DNA of 64,000 bases, from contig JBCCQY010000009.1 in the NCBI GenBank assembly GCA_039208735.1, positions 34,557 to 98,556 on the forward strand. Direction: 5' to 3'. The position numbers were made by a program, and so were the translations under genes. Positions 8,169 to 15,993 of the stretch are shown piece after piece. This DNA is from Myxococcota bacterium. Lineage in GTDB: Bacteria > Myxococcota_A > UBA796 > GCA-2862545. The notes beneath the pieces are model-generated. The model was not told where the DNA came from, did no database searches, and saw only the letters and a list, made by a program, of their open reading frames with translations. Each line of letters begins with the position of its first letter. The first letter of the stretch is position 1.

Positions 8169-10040
8169 GTGACCGACGACAACCCACTCCACCAAGTCGT
8201 GCAACGAGCCCAGAAAGGCGATCTCGCCGCGTTCGATGAACTCGTTCGTGCCTCCCGCACCCGCGCCACCGCGGTTGCGTGGGCGCGGCTGGGTTCGGAA
8301 GAGCGCGCCGAAGAGGCCGTTCAAGAGGCTTTCATCGATGCGTGGCGCCTGCTGCCTACGCTCCGGGAACCCCGGGCGTTTCGAGCCTGGCTGAAGTCGA
8401 TCGTTCGTAAGCATGCGGACCGTCGAACGCGCCGGGCTCGGCTCGAGACTGTCCCCCTCGACGAAGGACGGGCGGGACTCGAACCGGGTGAACCGGACGA
8501 GGTTGCCACGGTCGTTCGCCAGGCGGTGGCGCAGCTGCCCCCCCACCAGCGCAATGTCGTCGAACCCTTCTACCTCCACGGGATGTCCACCAAGGCCATT
8601 GCGCAGTCGCTCGGCTGCTCGGTGGCTGCCGTCAAGAAGCGCCTGTTCGATGCGCGTCGACGGTTGCACCCCCATCTGGAGTCTTGGATGACCGATACCC
8701 TTCCCCACGTGGTTCGCGCGTTCGTTGCAGCGCGCACGGGCGATTCCGCTCACCTCGCGCAAGCCCTCACCGCCCACCCGGAACTCACGGAGGCCACGGA
8801 TCCTCCGGACGAGGCTCGCGTCGTCGAACACTACCTGCCGGGCCACCCGACGGCCACGCTGCTCCTCACCGCGGTCATCCACGGCCATACGGGCATTGTG
8901 GACCAGGTGTTGGCGAGCGGCGCCGACGTCAATGGTGGGCGGCCGGCGGGAGCGCAAACGCCGCTGATGCTGGCGGTCCTCCAGTCGCGAGGGGAGATGG
9001 TCGAACGTCTTCTCGCGGCCGGAGCCGACGTCCATCGAGTGGCGAATCGGGGCTTCACGGCCTTGCACTTCGCTGCCCTGCGGGCCGATCGAGCCCTGAT
9101 GGATCGACTCACGGTGGCGGGCGCCAACGTCGAGGCGCGGTCGGCCAATGGTTGGACGGCGGCGGATTGGCTCGCCCATGCCGAAGCGGTTCCTCGACCT
9201 CGTCCCGAGGGGGCGCTGCGGATCGTCGACCCGCACGGCAACGCGCTCGATGGTGGGCCTCCCTTGGTTACGCCCGAACGGCAGCCGCGGGCGCCAGGTC
9301 CCATCGTCGAGACCGGCATTAAGCCCATCGACCTGTGGGCTCCTCTCGCGAACGGGCGGGTCACGCGCGTCGTCGGGGGACCGTTTGTCGGCAAGACGGT
9401 GCTCCTCGCCGAGGTGATGCAGCGCTTCGCGCCGCCCGTACTCGCGACGTTCCTCGACCGCAGTTGGTCGGTGAAGGACTTCGAGCATGTGCTGCGCGAA
9501 TGCAACGTTCATCCTGGAGCCCGAATCTTGATTGCCAGCGACCCGAGCGGGGCCGCTACTTTGGCCCGGAGCGCGCTTGCACATGCCGAAGCACGGGGCT
9601 CGATCGTGGTGGCGGATGACCGGCTGATCGAGGAGCTTCGCGCCGCGAGACCCGGCGTTCCTGTTCTCGCATTCTCCCCGAACGCTCATGAAGTGGACCC
9701 GGTGCTCACGGCCGACGCACAGTGGGTGTTGTCGCCCGAACTCGCCAAGGCTGGCCGATGGCCCGCCATCGACCCTCGCGCGAGTCGTCTTGCCTGGTCG
9801 AGGCCACCCGAAGAGAAAGCACTGGTTGAGGCGGCTCGGGCCTTGTGGGCCGAGTCGGGCCCCCGCGCGGACCGACTCCACGCCTACCTGACCCAGCCCT
9901 TTTGGGTAGGGGAGTCCTATACGGGGCTTCCCGGCGTGACCGTGCCCTGGACGGCGACGCGAGCCGATGTGGCACGGATCGTATCGGGAGCCGTGGATGA
10001 CCGGCCGGTCGACGAGCTGCGTTATCGCGCGTCGCTCTGA
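8169..10040 (+). CDS. ECF sigma-70 factor fused to ankyrin repeats and a degenerate F1-ATPase beta-like domain
   Basis: Sigma2 (GDLAAFDELV, AEEAVQEAF, FRAWL) and sigma4 (LPPHQR, IAQSLGCSVAAVKKRLFDARRRL). About 4 ankyrin repeats (TPLMLAV, TALHFAA, GADVN). Then ETGIKPIDL, GGPFVGKT, WPAIDP and LTQPFWVGESYTG. GTG 8169 follows GAGGAG; ATG 8148 is an alternative start. Confidence 0.88.
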   Translation: MTDDNPLHQVVQRAQKGDLAAFDELVRASRTRATAVAWARLGSEERAEEAVQEAFIDAWRLLPTLREPRAFRAWLKSIVRKHADRRTRRARLETVPLDEGRAGLEPGEPDEVATVVRQAVAQLPPHQRNVVEPFYLHGMSTKAIAQSLGCSVAAVKKRLFDARRRLHPHLESWMTDTLPHVVRAFVAARTGDSAHLAQALTAHPELTEATDPPDEARVVEHYLPGHPTATLLLTAVIHGHTGIVDQVLASGADVNGGRPAGAQTPLMLAVLQSRGEMVERLLAAGADVHRVANRGFTALHFAALRADRALMDRLTVAGANVEARSANGWTAADWLAHAEAVPRPRPEGALRIVDPHGNALDGGPPLVTPERQPRAPGPIVETGIKPIDLWAPLANGRVTRVVGGPFVGKTVLLAEVMQRFAPPVLATFLDRSWSVKDFEHVLRECNVHPGARILIASDPSGAATLARSALAHAEARGSIVVADDRLIEELRAARPGVPVLAFSPNAHEVDPVLTADAQWVLSPELAKAGRWPAIDPRASRLAWSRPPEEKALVEAARALWAESGPRADRLHAYLTQPFWVGESYTGLPGVTVPWTATRADVARIVSGAVDDRPVDELRYRASL

Positions 10041-10522
10041 CGGGTGAGCCGGAGCACGTTCCAGGTGTTTGCACCATGATTGTGGAGGTGCAGCACCAGC
10101 GGGGCTCCGACCGCCGCGGCCTGCGGCACGGTGATCAACTCAGCGTAGGCGGCCGCCACTGACGGAATGGGGACGGTGAGGTCGAGCCACAGCACGCCGT
10201 CGACGCTGAAGGCCACATGGGCCTCGGCCTCTTCGAGGGCGGCGAGATCGTTGTGCCAAAACACGATCTCAACTTCGTCGCCGGCCTCGACCGGGGCCTG
10301 CAGCGGTTGCTCGAGCACGACGTAGTTGCAGATGCCGGTATCGATCTCAATGGTGGAGCCTTCCACCAAGACGCCTCCAAGTGGGCACTCGGTGGCGTCT
10401 TTTCGATGGTCGGGGAATGGGTCGTCCGCCACGGCGGCTTGCCGCCAACCGTCCATCGTTGCGAGTTCCATCGCCGGACGCCCTTCGCCCGCACAGCCGA
10501 CCCACCCCAACAGCAAGATCAT
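10022..10522 (-). CDS. Hypothetical lipoprotein
   Basis: MILLLGWVG-C at the N-terminus and a C-terminal HLHNHGANTW motif. ATGA overlap with the upstream gene. Confidence 0.8.
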   Translation of the reverse strand: MILLLGWVGCAGEGRPAMELATMDGWRQAAVADDPFPDHRKDATECPLGGVLVEGSTIEIDTGICNYVVLEQPLQAPVEAGDEVEIVFWHNDLAALEEAEAHVAFSVDGVLWLDLTVPIPSVAAAYAELITVPQAAAVGAPLVLHLHNHGANTWNVLRLTRQSDAR

Positions 10523-10938
10523 CGGGGCTTTACCAGAACGCTCTCGGCTCCGTTGAGCAAGATCGCCCGATCTTCACGTCGGTCCCCCGGCATTTGGGTC
10601 CAAAGCAAGATGGCCGCCCCGCCGGTTGCGGCGGCTTGGACCGCCAGCGGAACGGCGAAAAAGTTGCCTCGGTTCGCGAGTCGCACGGTGCCCCACACCT
10701 CAAGTGCCGTCAGGCCAGCGAAGCTGAAACGCAGCACATTTCGACCTAACCTACGACCCCGCACTCGCCTGCGGGCGTCACTCTTTGCCGCCAACGATCG
10801 GATCTCCCTCCAATCGATGGGTTGGCCGTTGGCGTCTTCGTACCGAGGGTGATCAACCTCATCAAGCGGAGGCACGAGCGGGTCGGAAGGGACCGGGGGA
10901 GCCGCCAGGGCCGCCACCGCAAGCAGGGCAGTGATCAC
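10519..10938 (-). CDS. Hypothetical membrane/secreted protein
   Basis: Signal MITALLAVAALA and two hydrophobic segments. Start and stop overlap the neighbouring genes. Confidence 0.75.
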   Translation of the reverse strand: MITALLAVAALAAPPVPSDPLVPPLDEVDHPRYEDANGQPIDWREIRSLAAKSDARRRVRGRRLGRNVLRFSFAGLTALEVWGTVRLANRGNFFAVPLAVQAAATGGAAILLWTQMPGDRREDRAILLNGAESVLVKPR

Positions 10939-11669
10939 CGGCGACGGACGCGCCGGGCCGCGGCCACCGCAAACAGGGCCAGCACACCGAACGCCGAGCC
11001 CGCGGGCGCCGTGCTGCAGCTGCTGGCGAACACCCGGTAGTAGTCGGAGGTCAGGTTGTATTGGGCGTCAAACAAGAGATCTGCCGTAGCTTCACCGCCC
11101 AAGCCCATCATGGTCAGCGACACGATGTAGGTGCCTTCGTCGGGAACCTGGAAGTCAGGCTGCCAGTTCTCCGAGGAGAAGACTGGGTTACGGGCGCCCT
11201 GGCGCCTCACCGTCCACTCCATGGCCCGCAGGCACCGGGGTTGGTCCACCGCAGAGCGATTCGAAATTTCGTAGTTGAGTCCACCCTTGTCAACGATGTC
11301 GAATTCAGGGCGGGGCGCTCCGCAGATCGTGTAGAACCCAGAGAGTCGGGTCTTGTTGAGGGGCTCGTCGATTTCGATGTCGCCATCAGGACCTTGGACC
11401 ACCAGGTCCTTCAATTCGACCGAGATGGTGTAGAGACCTTCGTCGGCATAGGTGTAGTCGATGGCATCGCCCGTCAGCACGGTGCCATCGCCCATCAACC
11501 ACTGGGTTTCGGTCCACGCACCGATGGGGTCACCACCAGAGGTGGCAATCTCCACTTCGCAGGCCACCGTGATGGGGCCGACGTCGGCCGTGGGGCCTTC
11601 TGGCGTGCACGTCACATCGAAAAACGGGCTCGTTTGCGCAAGGGCGGAGGAAACGAGGAGCGGCCACAC
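10935..11669 (-). CDS. PKD-domain surface protein with a MYXO-CTERM-type tail
   Basis: GTG 11669 after GAGGTGG. WLMGDG...YTYADEGLYTISV PKD motif. C-terminus SSCSTAP, then a TM segment, then RRVRRR. Confidence 0.8.
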   Translation of the reverse strand: MWPLLVSSALAQTSPFFDVTCTPEGPTADVGPITVACEVEIATSGGDPIGAWTETQWLMGDGTVLTGDAIDYTYADEGLYTISVELKDLVVQGPDGDIEIDEPLNKTRLSGFYTICGAPRPEFDIVDKGGLNYEISNRSAVDQPRCLRAMEWTVRRQGARNPVFSSENWQPDFQVPDEGTYIVSLTMMGLGGEATADLLFDAQYNLTSDYYRVFASSCSTAPAGSAFGVLALFAVAAARRVRRR

Positions 11670-11768
11670 GGTCCACCTCAGGGAGTGGGGATCTGTGGGT
11701 GCGGTGCACCCGATGTCGAGCGAGTTAACATCGCCACCGCGGACAACCGCGGAGGGTAGAGTCGCTCT

Positions 11769-12593
11769 ATGATACCCGACGAAGCCCTCGTCGACCGGAT
11801 TCCGGTCCGCACGCCCACCTTGCCCCCCGCCACCCATACCAACGTGTGGTGTTTGGGCGATCGCGCGATCACCGTGATCGATCCCGCAAGTCCCTACGAA
11901 GAAGAACAAACCTTGCTCTTCGAAGGACTGCAGGCTCGCATGGACCAAGGGGCGCGGATCGAGCGCATCGTGCTCACCCACCATCACCCTGACCATGTCG
12001 GGGGGGTGGTCGCCCTCCGGGATCGCCTAGCCGCGATGGGGCAAGTCGTGCCTATTCTGGCGCACGACGCGACCACCGCCCTCGTGGATTTCGACGTCGA
12101 TGCCTCGCTCTCCGATGGCGATGCGATCGATGTGAGCGGGGTTCAGTGGGTGGCCCGGCACACCCCGGGCCACGCCCCCGGCCACCTGGTGCTGCATCAG
12201 CCTGAAACGGGGGTCATCGTCGCCGGCGATCTTGTGGCGGGCGTCTCCACGATCATCATCGATCCGCGCGAGGGCAACCTCGGCCACTACCTTGCGAGCC
12301 TTGAGGCGGCGCGGGCCTGGAACCCGACGGTCCTGCTGCCTGCCCACGGCGATCCGCTTCCACCGCAGATCTTGACCGACTACATCGACCATCGACACGC
12401 TCGTACCGATCAGATCCGAGCGGTCCTGGCGCCCCGACCCGGCTCGGCGCCGCTCGACTTGGTGCCCGAGATCTACCCCGAGCTGCCAGAAATGATGCAT
12501 GGCTTCGCGGCGATTCAGGTGCTGGCCCACCTGCTGTGGCTGCAGGAACAGGGCGAAGCGGTCACGACCGAAGGTCAATGGGCGATGGCCTAA
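11769..12593 (+). CDS. MBL-fold metallo-hydrolase (LACTB2-like) with a C-terminal winged helix
   Basis: THHHPDHVGG, HTPGHAPGH, AGD and LPAHG motifs. Confidence 0.92.
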   Translation: MIPDEALVDRIPVRTPTLPPATHTNVWCLGDRAITVIDPASPYEEEQTLLFEGLQARMDQGARIERIVLTHHHPDHVGGVVALRDRLAAMGQVVPILAHDATTALVDFDVDASLSDGDAIDVSGVQWVARHTPGHAPGHLVLHQPETGVIVAGDLVAGVSTIIIDPREGNLGHYLASLEAARAWNPTVLLPAHGDPLPPQILTDYIDHRHARTDQIRAVLAPRPGSAPLDLVPEIYPELPEMMHGFAAIQVLAHLLWLQEQGEAVTTEGQWAMA

Positions 12594-12663
12594 GAACCTT
12601 GGTTTTCGATGGTTGGCCCTTCGTTTGGAGGGCATCGCGGGTGACCTGTGGTACGGTGTCGGG

Positions 12664-12879
12664 ATGGGTCCACTTGATCGATACGCGTTTCGTGTCGTGG
12701 TCTCGCTCGCCCTGCACGGCACCCTCGCGGTGGTCGCAGTGGTCGGGGCCGCGGTTCTCGCCTTCCCTCACCCGCTCGTGGCATCGTTGCTAGGCCTTGT
12801 GGCAGCGGCCAACGGGTTGCTTGGGCTCCGCGCCCATTATCGCCTCATGAGTCACCTACAGGCCCGCCAGGTCCGCTAA
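12664..12879 (+). CDS. Small two-TM membrane protein
   Basis: Two hydrophobic stretches in 71 aa; fills the gap between neighbours. Confidence 0.55.
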   Translation: MGPLDRYAFRVVVSLALHGTLAVVAVVGAAVLAFPHPLVASLLGLVAAANGLLGLRAHYRLMSHLQARQVR

Positions 12880-13552
12880 CGTCGGCCCGTTCGATGAGGC
12901 GTCGCGCGGCCAGGAGTTGAAACCCGGGCGTTCCAACGCCACGGAGCAGATTGTCGAGAATGGCGTCGGCATTCGGGCGAATCGGTTCAGGGAGCGTTTG
13001 AGCGGCGATGAGGCTCGTCCACCACCAGGCCAAGGTGGGATTGGGGTCGAGGGGTTCGATCATTTGTGCGTCGATGGCGGCGCGGAGCCGTGTCAACATG
13101 GCCTGCACCATTGGACCGGCGCGCTCGCCAAGCCAAGCCCCGTCCTCGTCACTGGGGGGATGCGCCCAAAGGTGAACCAAGAGTCCATGATGGACCGGGT
13201 CGGTGCTGGCGAAGCGCAGGCCCATTTGCAGGGCCACCACCACGTGGGCGAGCGCACGAACCGCTTCGTCGGCTGGAGGGCGGTCTACCCGGCGCCAACG
13301 GTTGTCCACCCGCCGCCACAGTCGGTCGATGGCGCGGCCTTGAAGTTCAGTAACCATCCGATCTTTGGAGGGGAATGTCCGATATAGCCCTCCGACCGCG
13401 ACACCAAGGGCCTTCGCCAGCCGTGGCATCGTGAGGCGCTCAAGGCCCTCATCTTCGACCATTCCAAACGCGGCATCGAGGATGGCGCGGTGTTTTCGCT
13501 CTTGTTGCTCAAGACGGCGGATTTGCTTGAGGTCGAGCTCATCGTCGGACAT
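12845..13552 (-). CDS. TetR/AcrR family regulator
   Basis: N-terminal HTH: ILDAAF...GLERLTMPRLAKALGVAVGGLYRTFPSKD. Confidence 0.9.
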   Translation of the reverse strand: MSDDELDLKQIRRLEQQERKHRAILDAAFGMVEDEGLERLTMPRLAKALGVAVGGLYRTFPSKDRMVTELQGRAIDRLWRRVDNRWRRVDRPPADEAVRALAHVVVALQMGLRFASTDPVHHGLLVHLWAHPPSDEDGAWLGERAGPMVQAMLTRLRAAIDAQMIEPLDPNPTLAWWWTSLIAAQTLPEPIRPNADAILDNLLRGVGTPGFQLLAARRLIERADVSGPGGPVGDS

Positions 13553-13764
13553 GCGCGGATTCTATGTCAGCGACCTCCGAAATTTCGAGGCCTGCGCATT
13601 TTCCACGGCAGCCTTGCCTCTCGGTGAGAGCGACGCTGACAAGTTGATCTTGGTCCATGCATCCTGTCGGGGCGGCGAAATCCGAAGAGGGACGGCTCCC
13701 AACAAGTCGGCTCCTGACCGGGCCTTTGAGGGATGACAGGTTACGGCAGCCCGCTGGAGGGCGC

Positions 13765-15993
13765 ATGGCAACCGACGTTCGCGGAGGTACCGTCGCGAAG
13801 GACCGGCTCTCGGCTCTGATGAGCCCGGTTTGGACAGGTTTGGTCGCCGAGCGGGGACCTGGTGCGGCACGCGCGGCATTGACGACGCTGCTCAACGCGG
13901 GGGCGCTGGATGGTTGGTGTGGACACACCACGCACGGCGACCGGGCTGTGGGAGCCGTGGCGGGGGTGGATGCCCCGGCGGCGTTGCGCCGACAGCTTGC
14001 GTCGGTCGTGGTGGGGCGACGTGCGCTGTGGCCTGACGATCGCCGCATGCTCGAAGCGGATGCGCTCACCGGAGACGACGACCCGCGCGTGGAGCCTGGA
14101 TGCGCGGATCTGGACGGCCCGCGCGCGGGGTGGTGGGGGGTTCGCTTGCTGGTCGAAGCGCCTCCCGTTTCGAGGTCGGAGCTGGCCACCCGGCTCGCCG
14201 CGTTGCCTCGGGCGTCGGTGCGCGCCGCATTGCGCCACATCCTGGAGACCGCTCCCGTTCCCGACCCAGTCGTTGACTTGGTGATCGCCGCATTCGAGAT
14301 CGTCGGAGGCCCGGGTCGGGAGGCCGCAGCGCTGGCTCGGCTCGCTGCCGACGAACACCTGCCCACCCAACTGCGCGAAGTGGCGTGGCGCGTCCTCATG
14401 GACCACGACGGCGTCGATCTCGAAAAGGTGTTCGACGAGGTTGGAGCCTCTCGCATCACGGAGCTTTCGCAATTGGGATTCGCGGTCGGGGTTCGACGGC
14501 TGGGCGGTTCCACCGAATTGTCGCGTGACCTGGTGGACCAGGTGCGGGCCCTCGATCCCACCCGTCGAAGGGACTTGCTTGAGATGATCGAGGACGCCCG
14601 TCGCATGGAGGGCATTCCCGCCGCTGCGCTCTACAGCCCTTTGTTGGTGGCTCGAATTGCCCCTGAACTCGACGAAGCGCTGGTGCGGTCCTTGGTCGAG
14701 GACGGGGGACGGTTGGCCGAGGATGCCATTCGGCGCACGCTGGATGAAGAACCGGATTCCGTGGCGCAGGCCCGCCTTCGTCGAGCGCTCCTCCTCATGC
14801 GGACGCGTCGCATCGAGCCGCCTGTTGACCGGGGAGACGGGGCGCGTGCGTGGGTGGGCCTTTGTGATGGGCGAGGGGACTTTCCGGTCGTGCTCGCGAC
14901 GCCAAATCCTCGGGGGCAGCATCGGGTGGTTTCGCTATCCGTTCGGGCGGGCGGCGAAGTACGCGATGGGTTTGTGCTCGATGATTTGCCCACTGCACGG
15001 TTGAAGCTGATGCTCGAGCAATACGGTGCCACTGCCCAATTGTTCGAGGTTCGCCCCGCCGAAGCGGCGGCTTGGGTAGCGGTTGGCGTTCGCCAAACCC
15101 AAGGTGGATTGGCGGGGTTGCCGGGCTCGTTGCAGCGAGCGAGTGACGAGATGCTGCGTCACCTGCATCACCGGGTTGTGCATGAGGATGGGCCCGAAGG
15201 GGCTCGCATCACGCTGGCTGCGTGTCGCGCGCTGTTTCGCCGTCCTCGGCTCCAAGGGTGGTGCCTCGACGCCAGCGACCGCGAGGCCTGCGACATCGGG
15301 GAGGCTCCTCGGCTGGCGAGTGCCTTCGCCATTTGGGCCCGTGAAGGGGCGCGTAAGGTCAGTCAGACCAGACGAATCCGTCAGCGACTGGCGGGCATGA
15401 CGCGACACCTTGCAGAAGTGTTGCAGACGGTCGAAGACCCAGAAGCGCCCTTGGCTCTTGGAATTGCCCGAGCCCTCGCCTCGGGTCGAGGGGAGACGTT
15501 TTTGCGAGTGGTTCTCGAACACACCGCCTTTCATGCGCTCCCACCCGATGAGCCGATGCCCCTTCGGTTTGGGGACGAAGGACAGCGCGAGGACCTTCGG
15601 CGGATCTTGTCACCACGGGTGCCCTCGCACCTCGACCTTGCGACCCTCGACGTCATTGACTGTGTGCTGTCGTCAGAGCCGTTGTTGGTCCAAAATGAGG
15701 GGGAACTCGCCGACCTACGGCCCGATCTTCGGCGTTCTGTGCTGTTCGAAGCGGGTCGCGCCATGGTCGAAGTGTTGCGCACGTCGGACGCCGACTTGGC
15801 CACCGTGGAGGACGCCCTCGCGCGGGGGGGCCTTTCGGAAGCGTCGGCCGCCCGTGCGGCCCAACGTCTGGTGAGGTTGGGCCAACAGTTCCGTGCCGAA
15901 GTCTGTGCGGAGTGTCCGGTTGCGTGTTGGCGGACCCCGAATCGGCCCGCGGGGGGGCGCTGGAGAGGGCCGGGACATCCCGCCTATCGGTAG
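13765..15993 (+). CDS. Hypothetical helical protein with a C-terminal CxxCxxxC
   Basis: Long ORF with GGAGG before ATG 13765. Ends ...VCAECPVACW. Start uncertain. Confidence 0.7.
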   Translation: MATDVRGGTVAKDRLSALMSPVWTGLVAERGPGAARAALTTLLNAGALDGWCGHTTHGDRAVGAVAGVDAPAALRRQLASVVVGRRALWPDDRRMLEADALTGDDDPRVEPGCADLDGPRAGWWGVRLLVEAPPVSRSELATRLAALPRASVRAALRHILETAPVPDPVVDLVIAAFEIVGGPGREAAALARLAADEHLPTQLREVAWRVLMDHDGVDLEKVFDEVGASRITELSQLGFAVGVRRLGGSTELSRDLVDQVRALDPTRRRDLLEMIEDARRMEGIPAAALYSPLLVARIAPELDEALVRSLVEDGGRLAEDAIRRTLDEEPDSVAQARLRRALLLMRTRRIEPPVDRGDGARAWVGLCDGRGDFPVVLATPNPRGQHRVVSLSVRAGGEVRDGFVLDDLPTARLKLMLEQYGATAQLFEVRPAEAAAWVAVGVRQTQGGLAGLPGSLQRASDEMLRHLHHRVVHEDGPEGARITLAACRALFRRPRLQGWCLDASDREACDIGEAPRLASAFAIWAREGARKVSQTRRIRQRLAGMTRHLAEVLQTVEDPEAPLALGIARALASGRGETFLRVVLEHTAFHALPPDEPMPLRFGDEGQREDLRRILSPRVPSHLDLATLDVIDCVLSSEPLLVQNEGELADLRPDLRRSVLFEAGRAMVEVLRTSDADLATVEDALARGGLSEASAARAAQRLVRLGQQFRAEVCAECPVACWRTPNRPAGGRWRGPGHPAYR

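Noticed and set aside
8061..9881. 5' extension of the 879-aa minus-strand ORF
   Set aside because: Antisense shadow of the ECF fusion. The real lipoprotein begins at ATG 8060.
9210..10040. Calling this region atpD (ATP synthase beta)
   Set aside because: It is in frame with the sigma and ankyrin domains, lacks the N-terminal barrel, catalytic Glu motif and DELSEED region, and has no atp operon around it.
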